This document shows, one piece after another, positions 9,825 through 18,805 of a stretch of DNA of 64,000 nt. The first letter of the stretch is position 1, and every line of letters starts with the position of its first letter. Source of the DNA: an uncultured archaeon (GTDB lineage Archaea; Asgardarchaeota; Thorarchaeia; Thorarchaeales; Thorarchaeaceae); contig CAYWJO010000002.1 in assembly GCA_964458565.1 (NCBI GenBank), positions 72,908 through 136,907 on the forward strand. Reading direction: 5' to 3'. A program made the translations under genes and the position numbers. The notes under the pieces are model-generated. The model worked only from the letters and a program-made list of their open reading frames with translations, had not been told where the DNA came from and made no database searches.

Positions 9825-10586
9825 GTGAATCTTATTGCAATCATACTAGGAGAAACCAGCATGTGGACGTGTACCAGAAAACAAGCAACAATCATTTGTT
9901 TGGCTCTCAGTTTCTTAATAATCTTTACACCAATCAAAGCGCAAACTGACTATCCTACCTATGTATTCAATTTTATCGAACTCAAACTTGTGCAAGAGGA
10001 ATCAACATCGTTGCTAACTTCTGTACCACTATTCGCATCCGAACCTGAATTAGTTACATTCCTGTCAGATGAAGATGTACTCTTCTGGGAACATCTTGGT
10101 CCTTTTGATAATAAAATGCAACAGAATACGTCAATTAGTTCATTTGCATTCGTCCGAATCAATGAGACCGGTTTCTTTGAAACAATTATCGGTTTATCTC
10201 CAGACAATCACTCACTCTTATGGATTGAACCTCTATCAAGTGTTGCAGCTGAGAATTTCACTTCATCACTCAATGGATCAATAGAGTTCTTTACTAATCA
10301 AGACAAATATTGGGGATTGTGTGAGGAAATTTTGGTCCTCCCCGGATCAATAATATCATCCGAATTAGAGAGTGTGTGGAGATACAAATTTTATCTGATT
10401 GAATCTTCAGAGTTATGGACCTTGTACACTGACTCTATGGGTCATGTTCTTGATGCGGATGTGACGATAACACCTTGTGTATCTTGCACCGTTTGCCCAA
10501 TACTTGTTATTCTTGGTTTCACAAGCGTGGTAGTTGTTGTACTAATTGTTATATCAATCAAATCGGGATGGCTAAATAGGACATAA
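9825..10586 (+). CDS. Hypothetical exported, C-terminally anchored protein
   Basis: N-terminal signal-like segment, C-terminal TM preceded by CVSCTVC. Confidence 0.65.
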   Translation: MNLIAIILGETSMWTCTRKQATIICLALSFLIIFTPIKAQTDYPTYVFNFIELKLVQEESTSLLTSVPLFASEPELVTFLSDEDVLFWEHLGPFDNKMQQNTSISSFAFVRINETGFFETIIGLSPDNHSLLWIEPLSSVAAENFTSSLNGSIEFFTNQDKYWGLCEEILVLPGSIISSELESVWRYKFYLIESSELWTLYTDSMGHVLDADVTITPCVSCTVCPILVILGFTSVVVVVLIVISIKSGWLNRT

Positions 10587-10594
10587 ATCTAGAA

Positions 10595-11023
10595 TCAATG
10601 ATGATGGTCCAACTCTTCGCTCTCTGGCATCGTAAATGTGAATAACCTCGAGAAGGATACACCTGTAATTCCAGATATCCGGTTAGCTAAATCTTCGATT
10701 TGTTTTCTTGTTCCTTTAAGTGCCATTACTTCAAGGCAATGAGCATGTGAAAGATGTATATGAGTGGATGACAGAACCTCTGCTTCAGCTGCATGCTGAG
10801 CACGAATCATTTCCGCCATTAACTTTGGTTTATGTGTATACACAACCGTGAATGTTGCTGCTTTTCCTTCCTGTTCGAATTCCCATTCCTTGTCTGAAAT
10901 GTACATTCTCATTGCATCTCTGATTGCCTCTGACCTTCCAACATAACCAAGTTTCTCAACAATTTGATCGAATTTCGTGAGAAGATCATCAGGAACCGAT
11001 ACGCCGAATCTCTTCAGTGCCAT
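10595..11023 (-). CDS. nikR: Nickel-responsive regulator NikR
   Basis: RHH N-terminus RFGVS...RSEAIRD; HIHLSHAHCLEV Ni site; divergent from ECF operon. Confidence 0.93.
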   Translation of the reverse strand: MALKRFGVSVPDDLLTKFDQIVEKLGYVGRSEAIRDAMRMYISDKEWEFEQEGKAATFTVVYTHKPKLMAEMIRAQHAAEAEVLSSTHIHLSHAHCLEVMALKGTRKQIEDLANRISGITGVSFSRLFTFTMPESEELDHHH

Positions 11024-11109
11024 GACACAAATCACCTAACATAGTAACACGATTTATCAAAAAGTAACACATATAAGAAGATTGCGAAACACTATGACAG
11101 CACTAGGAA

Positions 11110-11817
11110 GTGACATCAATGCATGTGCCTGACGGAATATTTCCACTTTGGTTACAGATTCTCATGTATATTATCAGTGGTATAATGCTCGTTCTTTCTG
11201 TTAAGATGATTAATAAGAAATTCGATGACAAGCTCGTGCCCTACATGGGTGTTCTTGCTGCGGTGATATTTGCTGCTCAGCTCATAAACTTTCCAGTCCC
11301 ACCATCAAGTGGTCATCTTGTTGGATCCACTCTGCTGGCGGTCATGTTGGGTCCCTGGGGTGGTATGCTTATCATCGCATTAGTCCTGTTTGTCCAAGCT
11401 CTGTCTGGTGATGGTGGTCTCCTGACATATGGTTTGAATTTCTTCAATATGGGCATCTTCTCATGTCTTGTTGGATGGGCACTGGCTCTCGTGTTATTCA
11501 AAGGACTGAAGAGATTCACCGATGAAAAGAGGTCTGTCGTAGTTGCCACAGCAATTGCATCGTATGTTGTAACCGTATTGGCTGCTTTTGTCCTAGGAAT
11601 CGAATTGTTCACCACGACTGAGTATGGCATAGCTCTGGTTCCCATTACAGCGATTCATGCAATCATTGGCATTGGTGAAGCTATTCTTACATTTGTCATT
11701 CTTCTCTACTTCGTTAAAGCCAAGCCACAGGTGATCTCATTCTTGAAGGAGAGTGAGGTTTCGGAGATGGCTAGGGTACCAGTAGTGCCTCTTCCAATCC
11801 AACAGGTTGGGGAGTGA
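11110..11817 (+). CDS. cbiM: Ni/Co ECF transporter S component (CbiM/NikM)
   Basis: MHVPDG, SGHLVG, GDGG motifs. Confidence 0.93.
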   Translation: MTSMHVPDGIFPLWLQILMYIISGIMLVLSVKMINKKFDDKLVPYMGVLAAVIFAAQLINFPVPPSSGHLVGSTLLAVMLGPWGGMLIIALVLFVQALSGDGGLLTYGLNFFNMGIFSCLVGWALALVLFKGLKRFTDEKRSVVVATAIASYVVTVLAAFVLGIELFTTTEYGIALVPITAIHAIIGIGEAILTFVILLYFVKAKPQVISFLKESEVSEMARVPVVPLPIQQVGE

Positions 11818-12107
11818 TACTCATGAACAAGAACGAAACATTAAAGTATGCATTACCACTCATCGTAGCAATCGTCATAGTATCCAGTATGATTCTATTG
11901 GGGTTAGCATCCCAGAACCCAGATGGATTTGAGTGGTCGCTCTTCGATGTGGCTGGTGCTGAAGAACCGACGGGTGGTTTTGAAGGAATCTGGGCTTTCC
12001 TAGGGGACGGTGTTTTCATTGAAGCGATTACTGGAATTCTGGGGATTCTTGCGATTCTTTTAATTGGATATGGTGTCTTCTGGTTAACCTCAAGAAAGAC
12101 AAAATAG
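11814..12107 (+). CDS. nikN: NikN/PDGLE-domain subunit
   Basis: ASQNPDGFE motif, 2 TM, operon position. Confidence 0.85.
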   Translation: MILMNKNETLKYALPLIVAIVIVSSMILLGLASQNPDGFEWSLFDVAGAEEPTGGFEGIWAFLGDGVFIEAITGILGILAILLIGYGVFWLTSRKTK

Positions 12108-12121
12108 ATGGAGTACACCAT

Positions 12122-12901
12122 ATGGGTAAGTTTCTATTACCCTTCATCGAAGGGCGAAAGACAGATAGTACGTTTTCGCCCCCTTCCATCTTCTTATCTG
12201 CCTTCATCATGGCTGTCCTGCTTTCAGTGCAGACAGAACTGTTGAACCTATTTGGCCTGATCAGCCTTGTAGTATTAATCGGTACACTGGCAGGAACACG
12301 ATGGCGGAGTGTCCTTTCTCTTGCAGCAAGATTTGAAGTTGTCATCCTTTTCTGGATAGTGCTGCTCCCCTTCTCTTATGGGAATTCAATTCTATTTACT
12401 ATTCCCACACCATGGGGTAGTATCTCTGCTTACAGGGAGGGACTTGATCTTGGCTTTCTTATAGGGCTACGTATCTTTGGTATAGTTACACTGTTTCTTG
12501 CAGCCCTCTCCCACATCTCTCTCGGTGAGTTCATTGGTGCACTCAAGACGCTAAGAATTCCTACTGCAATACTAGGATCTCTCCTCATAATGCTCCGTTA
12601 TATTCCTCTTTTTCTTGAAGAACGCAGTAGATTACAGGAAGCACAACAGCTCAGAGGATTTCAGAGGGGAACTCGTTTCGAGCGTATAAAGTCGCTAGGA
12701 TTCCTTGTTGGTTCAATCATCGACCATGCAATGGACAGAAGTGTTGCAGTGTATGAGGCAATGACCTTACGAGGCTTTGGTCACGGAATGTTCATTGTTG
12801 GAGTCGGTCCAAGACGGAATGATGTTCTCCTCTTTCTTGGCTTAATCATCTTGATTTTTGGGCTCTTTCATCAACAGATTTTGGAGGTCTTACTTGGATG
12901 A
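12122..12901 (+). CDS. cbiQ: ECF transmembrane T component (CbiQ/NikQ)
   Basis: LRYIP and two LRG motifs. Confidence 0.9.
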   Translation: MGKFLLPFIEGRKTDSTFSPPSIFLSAFIMAVLLSVQTELLNLFGLISLVVLIGTLAGTRWRSVLSLAARFEVVILFWIVLLPFSYGNSILFTIPTPWGSISAYREGLDLGFLIGLRIFGIVTLFLAALSHISLGEFIGALKTLRIPTAILGSLLIMLRYIPLFLEERSRLQEAQQLRGFQRGTRFERIKSLGFLVGSIIDHAMDRSVAVYEAMTLRGFGHGMFIVGVGPRRNDVLLFLGLIILIFGLFHQQILEVLLG

Positions 12902-13650
12902 CCTGCGCAATAGAAATCAACAACCTCAACTTCAGTTATGGAACGTTTTCGCTTCAAGATGTATGCATGAGTCTGCATCTTGGTGAGCAGAAAGCACTTG
13001 TTGGTCTAAACGGTTCTGGAAAGACCACGCTCTTTAAGCTGATTCTTGGTTTGCTTGAACCAACATCTGGGACCATCCACATCTTTGAACGAAAGGTCGA
13101 ACGAGAGAACCTCTGGGCGATTCGGAAGGATGTTGGATTCCTCTTTCAGAGTCCAGAAGACCAGCTCTTTGCACCAACGGTATGGGAGGATGTGGCCTTT
13201 GGTCCACGAAATCTTGGAATGACTGAGGAAGAAGTTGAGGAGCGAGTAAAATGGTCTCTTGATGTGGTGGGGATGTTGGACTTTATCAACCGTCCCGTGA
13301 ATCAGTTAAGCCACGGGCAAGCAAAACGGGTTGCTCTAGCTGGGATTATTGCCATGCGTCCAAAGATACTGCTTCTGGATGAGCCCCTTGCTGGGCTTGA
13401 CTTTCCCATGATTTCAGCAATGGTCGACATTATTCAGAATCTTCGAGGTGAGGGCATCAGTGTTCTCTATACAACTCACAATCTCTTCTTTCTGGAGAAT
13501 TGGACTGACTCTATGGCAGTCCTGCATGAGGGTAGAATGATCTATGACGGTCCTGTGGAACAAGCTCTAAAGGACCCCAATATCAGTCATCAGACTGGTG
13601 ACTGGGATGAGCTGAGGTGTCGAATGAGGCGATATCGAGGACTGGATTGA
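12898..13650 (+). CDS. cbiO: ECF ATPase (CbiO/NikO)
   Basis: GLNGSGKT, FQSPEDQLFAPTV, LSHGQ, LLLDEP. Confidence 0.93.
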   Translation: MTCAIEINNLNFSYGTFSLQDVCMSLHLGEQKALVGLNGSGKTTLFKLILGLLEPTSGTIHIFERKVERENLWAIRKDVGFLFQSPEDQLFAPTVWEDVAFGPRNLGMTEEEVEERVKWSLDVVGMLDFINRPVNQLSHGQAKRVALAGIIAMRPKILLLDEPLAGLDFPMISAMVDIIQNLRGEGISVLYTTHNLFFLENWTDSMAVLHEGRMIYDGPVEQALKDPNISHQTGDWDELRCRMRRYRGLD

Positions 13651-13697
13651 AACCGCGATATGGTTAAAAAGTGAAGGTGTCAGAGTTCTGTTAGCAG

Positions 13698-13817
13698 GCG
13701 GAGGTTGCCAAGCCAGGTCAAAGGCGCAAGGTTCAGATCCTTGTCCTGTAGGGGTTCGCGAGACTTCCTGTAATTCATAGACTGGAAGCGCGTATTCGAA
13801 TCTCGCCCTCCGCACCA
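13698..13817 (+). tRNA. tRNA-Leu(CAG) with 32-nt intron (13763-13794) at position 53/54
   Basis: Acceptor GCGGAGG/CCTCCGC + A-CCA; anticodon arm CAAGG-TTCAGAT-CCTTG; long variable arm; T arm GCGAG/CTCGC with TTCGAAT is restored only when 13763-13794 is removed; BHB-like splice motif. Confidence 0.93.
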
Positions 13818-13968
13818 TGTATATTTCTGCTACAGTCAAGCTTGATGCCTATAGACTCTCCTTATCTTACTCAGGTTTTCTTCTATTTCTCAGTCGGTTT
13901 ACTCCCACATAGCAGGAAAAACACCGATTGCACAAGATACACCTATGCTGAAAATCAGCTGGTCATCG

Positions 13969-14610
13969 CTAGGTTTTATCACGTAGTCGAAATGATGGTA
14001 TGAGTTTACCTGTCCGTTTCATGTATTCAGTATACTCCTCACCAAACTGGTCAATCATCATCTGCTCTTCACCAGGTATTCTTCTATAGTTTACCAATAT
14101 TGTATACATAAAAAACAGAATAACTAACACATCAAGGGAGATAAGACACAATCCTATTGTATAGACAAACATACCAAGATACATCGGGTGTCGGACTCTC
14201 CTATATGGACCTGTTGTGATTAACTTATGATCTTCGTATATCTCTAGAGCGATTGACCATTGAGAATCAAGATGTCGGTGAACCCAGATTAAGTAGAGAA
14301 TTGATATTGATGCCAAAATTGCTCCTGACCACTGAACCCATTCATCAAGTGGAATGTGAGTCCATGTCCACCACGGAGGTGCCAGGAAATACAAGATAAT
14401 TCCTAGTACTCCTATCACTGCAAAAACTGCTGCTAGAGCTATCCCGCCTCTCCCCATTTCAGATTCAGCTGTCTTCAGTTTTTCTTTCATGCCATCCAGA
14501 CTGTCATGTGTCTTAGTTTTTCTGCCATAGTATCCTCTAACAACAGCTATACTAATCCATAAGCTGAGTAGTATGATTCGAAAGATGAGATTCATATCCA
14601 ATTTGTTCAC
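13969..14610 (-). CDS. Isoprenylcysteine carboxyl methyltransferase (ICMT/PEMT) family membrane protein
   Basis: HKLITTGPYRRVRHPMY, EE...FGEEY..Y motifs. Confidence 0.9.
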   Translation of the reverse strand: MNKLDMNLIFRIILLSLWISIAVVRGYYGRKTKTHDSLDGMKEKLKTAESEMGRGGIALAAVFAVIGVLGIILYFLAPPWWTWTHIPLDEWVQWSGAILASISILYLIWVHRHLDSQWSIALEIYEDHKLITTGPYRRVRHPMYLGMFVYTIGLCLISLDVLVILFFMYTILVNYRRIPGEEQMMIDQFGEEYTEYMKRTGKLIPSFRLRDKT

Positions 14611-15046
14611 CTCATGATTTGCTTCACTCTAAACATCAAAAATTTAGACACATCTAACTTTTTTTACTTTCTCTATCAGAGCAATGGTGTCTGAATTTCA
14701 TCTCTCCTACTACTATTATCAGTAGTGAAACCATTTTGTAAATAAACGTGGAAATAAACTGCCATCCAATTTTTAGGATTGCTTCATTTTCATACACACT
14801 CCCGTAACAGGAGCTTAAATCATTTGAAATGCTCAAATTACACCTTAGACTGTTATTGACAGTACTAAGATTTGTAGTACGCGGGAAATGGTCTAAGGAG
14901 GAGTTTCAAATGATGGGAGCGCTGACAACGTTTCTCATCATTCTTTTTTTGAACATAAAATCCATACAATTTATGCTGTGTTTGCAATCTCTACTCCTTT
15001 GTTAATTGGGGGAAAAGCAGGGGCATCTTGATTAAAGAAGGAGAAA

Positions 15047-15469
15047 TCACTCGATATTGATGTATCCCTGTTTTTTAAGAAACTGACCAAATTCCACATC
15101 TGTCTTTTTGATGTGATTGTAAAGCCAATTAATCAAGTATGTGTTGATTGAGTTGCTGAGTGTCTTTGTAGCGCCATCTTCTTTCCAATCTTCAATCATG
15201 GTATTTACCATATTTTTGAATTCATCGTGTTGTTGAAGATGGTCATTCATTGCAGGATATTTTAATCTAGACATGTGTTTTTCCTCTGTCGAGAAATGGA
15301 AATTTGTATACTCGAGCATGAAGTCAATTGTTTTCAAAATCTCTTGTATTCCCTGCTGTGCATCTACTGCCTTAGATAGGTCACTAATTCGGTCAATGAG
15401 CATTTTGTGCTGTTCATCAATCAAATTAATCCCAACAGAAAGGCTATCATCCCATTCAATCTTCGTCAT
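15047..15469 (-). CDS. Bacteriohemerythrin
   Basis: W..SLSVG..IDEQH, HFSTEE, H...H, WL.NHI...D. Confidence 0.93.
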   Translation of the reverse strand: MTKIEWDDSLSVGINLIDEQHKMLIDRISDLSKAVDAQQGIQEILKTIDFMLEYTNFHFSTEEKHMSRLKYPAMNDHLQQHDEFKNMVNTMIEDWKEDGATKTLSNSINTYLINWLYNHIKKTDVEFGQFLKKQGYINIE

Positions 15470-15578
15470 AGTTCAACAAACCCATTATACCCAGTATAAA
15501 GATTTCTGAATCTCGTTATGCTGATGGTTGCTTAATCCGTGTATATCTTCATCACTCAATTGGTCATATTCTGCACTC

Positions 15579-16022
15579 TTACGGTTTAGGTCTTGGCATA
15601 AGGAATAGGGTTTCTACTCTCTCAATACCTTCAAGCTTGTCGATTTTACCTGTCATGAATTTTGATAGGTCATTCATATCCTTTAGTTGTGCTAGACAAA
15701 GAAAATTCGATGGCCCTGTAGTCCAGAAGATTTTGGAAATTTCCTCATACCTCTCAAGAGCTCTATAGATTTGATCCGATGTTCCCGGTTTTGTAGTTAA
15801 TAGAATGATGACCTGTATCTCATACCCAAGTTTTCGATAATCTACGTCAATTGTGAATCTCTCTATTATTCCTTTATCTACGAGACGTGCAAGTCTGTTC
15901 CTGATTGAGCTGGGACTAAGAGGAACGATTTTGGCCATCTCTCTGAGTGAAGTTCGAGAGTTCTCCTTGAGTATTTCAATCAGTTTTTGGTCGATGTCGT
16001 TTCCGCTCTCCAAAAATCCCAC
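15579..16022 (-). CDS. Lrp/AsnC family regulator
   Basis: DIDQKLIEILKENSR HTH plus RAM domain. Confidence 0.9.
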   Translation of the reverse strand: MGFLESGNDIDQKLIEILKENSRTSLREMAKIVPLSPSSIRNRLARLVDKGIIERFTIDVDYRKLGYEIQVIILLTTKPGTSDQIYRALERYEEISKIFWTTGPSNFLCLAQLKDMNDLSKFMTGKIDKLEGIERVETLFLMPRPKP

Positions 16023-16100
16023 CTATTTTCTACTGTATTAACAGTACCTTTGTAACTTGAAGTGAATGATAAAGATTGAGTGTCTAGATATGATGGAATC

Positions 16101-16499
16101 TTATGACTTGACTCGTCGAATGAAATGAATATCCATAACAGACCAATACTCAACTTCCACATTAAGTTCAATTTTGGGTGCGATTTCCTCATCTGTAGGT
16201 TTTGGGATGTCGAAAGTTGCGTAAGTTTCAGTATCCATAAGACTCAAAGTTTCACCCATATCAGCGATGATAGTTGCACTACGCTTGTCAATGACAGGAA
16301 CATCAACCATACGGTCCGCTGGCATAATCACGTTTCTCTTTCTATTGTCAAAAAGTCCCTTAGCAGTTATATTCGCCTTAGCAGCTCCATGTTTACCAGG
16401 TTTTGATTTCTCTATACTGATTACTTGGCAGGGTTCATCTTCAATCATGAAATAACTACCTGGTTTCAGGCTTTTGACAATTGATTTCTTGATGCTCAA
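16101..16499 (-). CDS. eif5a: Translation factor aIF5A
   Basis: Hypusine motif SKPGKHGAAK. Confidence 0.97.
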   Translation of the reverse strand: MSIKKSIVKSLKPGSYFMIEDEPCQVISIEKSKPGKHGAAKANITAKGLFDNRKRNVIMPADRMVDVPVIDKRSATIIADMGETLSLMDTETYATFDIPKPTDEEIAPKIELNVEVEYWSVMDIHFIRRVKS

Positions 16500-16616
16500 T
16501 TCAATTCACCAATCCTTTTATGCAGACCTTGGTGAGAATGTGTTCATATTCTATTCAAATACTTTGCGGGGGGTTATAACAGCAACATCAAAAAGGAAAA
16601 CATGATGTCGTGATTC

Positions 16617-17504
16617 TTGGTGTCAACTTTGATTGAGGAGAGCCCTCAAATCCTGAGTTCAAAACGAGCTGTTGGTCTCGTTTGTAAACCAGGTCGCCCT
16701 GATATCGCTCAGGTCGCCATTGATGTGGTCGAATACCTACAAAAGAATGATATTGAGGTATTTGTCGACCATGGTTCATGCGAATGTGTACACGACAAAG
16801 CTACTCTACATCGGATATGTGATATGGATGTTGATTTTGTTGTAACCGTCGGTGGCGATGGTACCATTCTCTATACATTATCGCGTCTAAAAACTCGAGA
16901 AACGCCTCTATTTTGTATCAATAAGGGTACAGTTGGTTTTATGACGGAAGCCAACACGGAGGATGCTGTAGGTGCATTGGAAAAAGTGTTGAAAAACGAA
17001 TGCATTATTGAGAGCAATTTGAATCTTGCATCTGGAGTAGAAGACCGCCGTTTTGAGGATGCATTAAATGAGGTATACGTTGTGTCAATGGTACCTGGAC
17101 GACTTCTGACTTTCAGAGTATTCATCAATGGCATAGAAGTTGATTATGGTAGAGCAGATGGTGCGATGATTGCAACTCCAGGGGGATCAACTGCATATGC
17201 ACTCGCAGCAGGTGGATCTGTTCTTACCCCCAGAGTGCATGGATTGATTTTTGTTCCCGTGTGTCCGCCGCGGTTTGAATTGAAATCAATGGTTATTCCT
17301 GATGACTCCCTAATAGAATTGGAATTGGTCAAACCTGAAGCAAATGCTCTCGCAGTGATAGATGGTCAAGTTAGACATGGGGTTGATGCAGGAAATACCA
17401 TTTGGATGAAAAAATCCGAAGGTGTGAGTAGATTCATCCGCATCTATGACAATTACTATGATCGTCTAAGAACCAGACTGGAGCCTCGCGAATCGGTGAA
17501 CTAG
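16617..17504 (+). CDS. nadK: NAD+ kinase
   Basis: GGDGT, ALNE, ADG..IATP.GSTAY.L.AGG. Confidence 0.95.
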   Translation: MVSTLIEESPQILSSKRAVGLVCKPGRPDIAQVAIDVVEYLQKNDIEVFVDHGSCECVHDKATLHRICDMDVDFVVTVGGDGTILYTLSRLKTRETPLFCINKGTVGFMTEANTEDAVGALEKVLKNECIIESNLNLASGVEDRRFEDALNEVYVVSMVPGRLLTFRVFINGIEVDYGRADGAMIATPGGSTAYALAAGGSVLTPRVHGLIFVPVCPPRFELKSMVIPDDSLIELELVKPEANALAVIDGQVRHGVDAGNTIWMKKSEGVSRFIRIYDNYYDRLRTRLEPRESVN

Positions 17505-18029
17505 ATGACAACAGTCTATGTATTAGATACTTCAGCCTTGCTAAGTACATGGACGCAACAACAACATGAGGTTGTATTTCTTACAACATCGCATGTTCTA
17601 AGTGAGCTCATGAACCGTCCAAGTAAATCACGAGCTGAATCATTGATCTCTGCAGATCTACTACAAGTCAGAGAACCTGATACCAAAGATATCTCACAAG
17701 TGAAGAAATCAACTAAAGAGAGTGGTGATAGTGTTAGTCTATCTATTACAGATGTTGGTATAGTAGCACTTGCATTAGCAGAATTTAACCTCGGTGTCAA
17801 TCCAATTCTGGTGTCCTCCGATTTTGCAGTTCTAAATACTGCACTTCATCTTGGTATATCAATCCTTGATCTCTCTGGGAAGATGCGTGAGCAACGCGTC
17901 TGGATATACGTATGTCCTGCATGTAAGCATAGAGAAAATCAGCCAGTTCTAAATATGGAATGTCCCACATGTGGTACAATTATGCAACGTAGAGCCACCA
18001 GAAGGTGGAATTTGAGTGAATCGAAGTAA
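17505..18029 (+). CDS. nob1: Nob1 endonuclease (PIN domain + Zn ribbon)
   Basis: VLDTSA, LSITD, SSDF..LN, CPAC...CPTCG. Confidence 0.88.
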   Translation: MTTVYVLDTSALLSTWTQQQHEVVFLTTSHVLSELMNRPSKSRAESLISADLLQVREPDTKDISQVKKSTKESGDSVSLSITDVGIVALALAEFNLGVNPILVSSDFAVLNTALHLGISILDLSGKMREQRVWIYVCPACKHRENQPVLNMECPTCGTIMQRRATRRWNLSESK

Positions 18030-18085
18030 TACCTTGGTTATACTACTCGTTATGTTCTGTTGTGTGCAATTCTCAATGATAACGG

Positions 18086-18364
18086 GTGCCAAAAGTGACA
18101 GAGAAACCAATGTTACCAATCAATCGAGACCTAGATGACATCAAGGCACAGGTTCGAAAAGAGCTTGATACAGTACGCGACTTGATGAGCACCCTATCTT
18201 ATCATACAAGCACTCCTGGTTGGCGTTCACCAATCCAGCTTCATAGACTACGCAGGGCATTGCGAATTCATTATTTGGCATTGAAAATACGCGAGACAGC
18301 TCCAGTACCTGCAAGTATGAGGAAACTAGCATGGGATTTTGATGCACCTTTTGATTTGAGTTAG
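18086..18364 (+). CDS. Small hypothetical protein
   Basis: ORF fills the intergenic space; helical composition. Confidence 0.5.
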   Translation: MPKVTEKPMLPINRDLDDIKAQVRKELDTVRDLMSTLSYHTSTPGWRSPIQLHRLRRALRIHYLALKIRETAPVPASMRKLAWDFDAPFDLS

Positions 18365-18366
18365 TT

Positions 18367-18786
18367 TCATTCTCCGATTATCATGACCTCAAGTTTCCTA
18401 TCTCTTTGTCTGACATCAAAATCAACAAATGTGATCTGTTGCCATGTCCCCAGAGTCAGCTGATTATTGACAATTGGAACTGTTATACTAGGACCAATAA
18501 TTGAGGCTCTAATATGTGAATGTCCATTTCCATCGTGCCAGCGAAGATGATGTTCATAGACAGCTCCTTCTGGAGCTATTCGTTCCATCGCATCTGGAAA
18601 GTCTTTCAGAAGTCCGCCCTCGTATTCAATTGTGATTATTCCTCCTGTTGAACCTACACAAAATACTGTACAGATACCATTAGAGAAACCACATTCTGAA
18701 ACAATTCTATTTACTTCTTGTGTGACATCAATCATTTCACAATTACCCTTTGTCTGAAAATGTATCTGCTTATGATAGGTGCCCAT
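18367..18786 (-). CDS. YjbQ/UPF0047 family protein
   Basis: GNGHSHIRAS, LGTWQQI..DFD motifs. Confidence 0.92.
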   Translation of the reverse strand: MGTYHKQIHFQTKGNCEMIDVTQEVNRIVSECGFSNGICTVFCVGSTGGIITIEYEGGLLKDFPDAMERIAPEGAVYEHHLRWHDGNGHSHIRASIIGPSITVPIVNNQLTLGTWQQITFVDFDVRQRDRKLEVMIIGE

Positions 18787-18805
18787 AGTTTTACGCCTCC
18801 TAGTT

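Noticed and set aside
13698-13817. tRNA-Sec interpretation (TTCA near the anticodon, unusual length)
   Set aside because: The loop TT-CAG-AT centres on CAG, the acceptor stem is 7 bp with A73, and the extra length is an intron.
13567-13839. 90-aa minus-strand ORF
   Set aside because: Antisense to tRNA-Leu and the end of cbiO.
13969-14610. ICMT as evidence for eukaryote-like GTPase prenylation
   Set aside because: The family is widespread in prokaryotes, and the Rab-like GTPase here ends KASLA with no C-terminal Cys.
17502-17507. nadK TAG directly followed in frame by nob1 ATG (similar TAG-AAA-ATG at 52671-52679) as evidence of genome-wide amber recoding
   Set aside because: TAG ends conserved genes at their expected lengths (lysS, M42 peptidase, nadK); tight operon packing explains these junctions.
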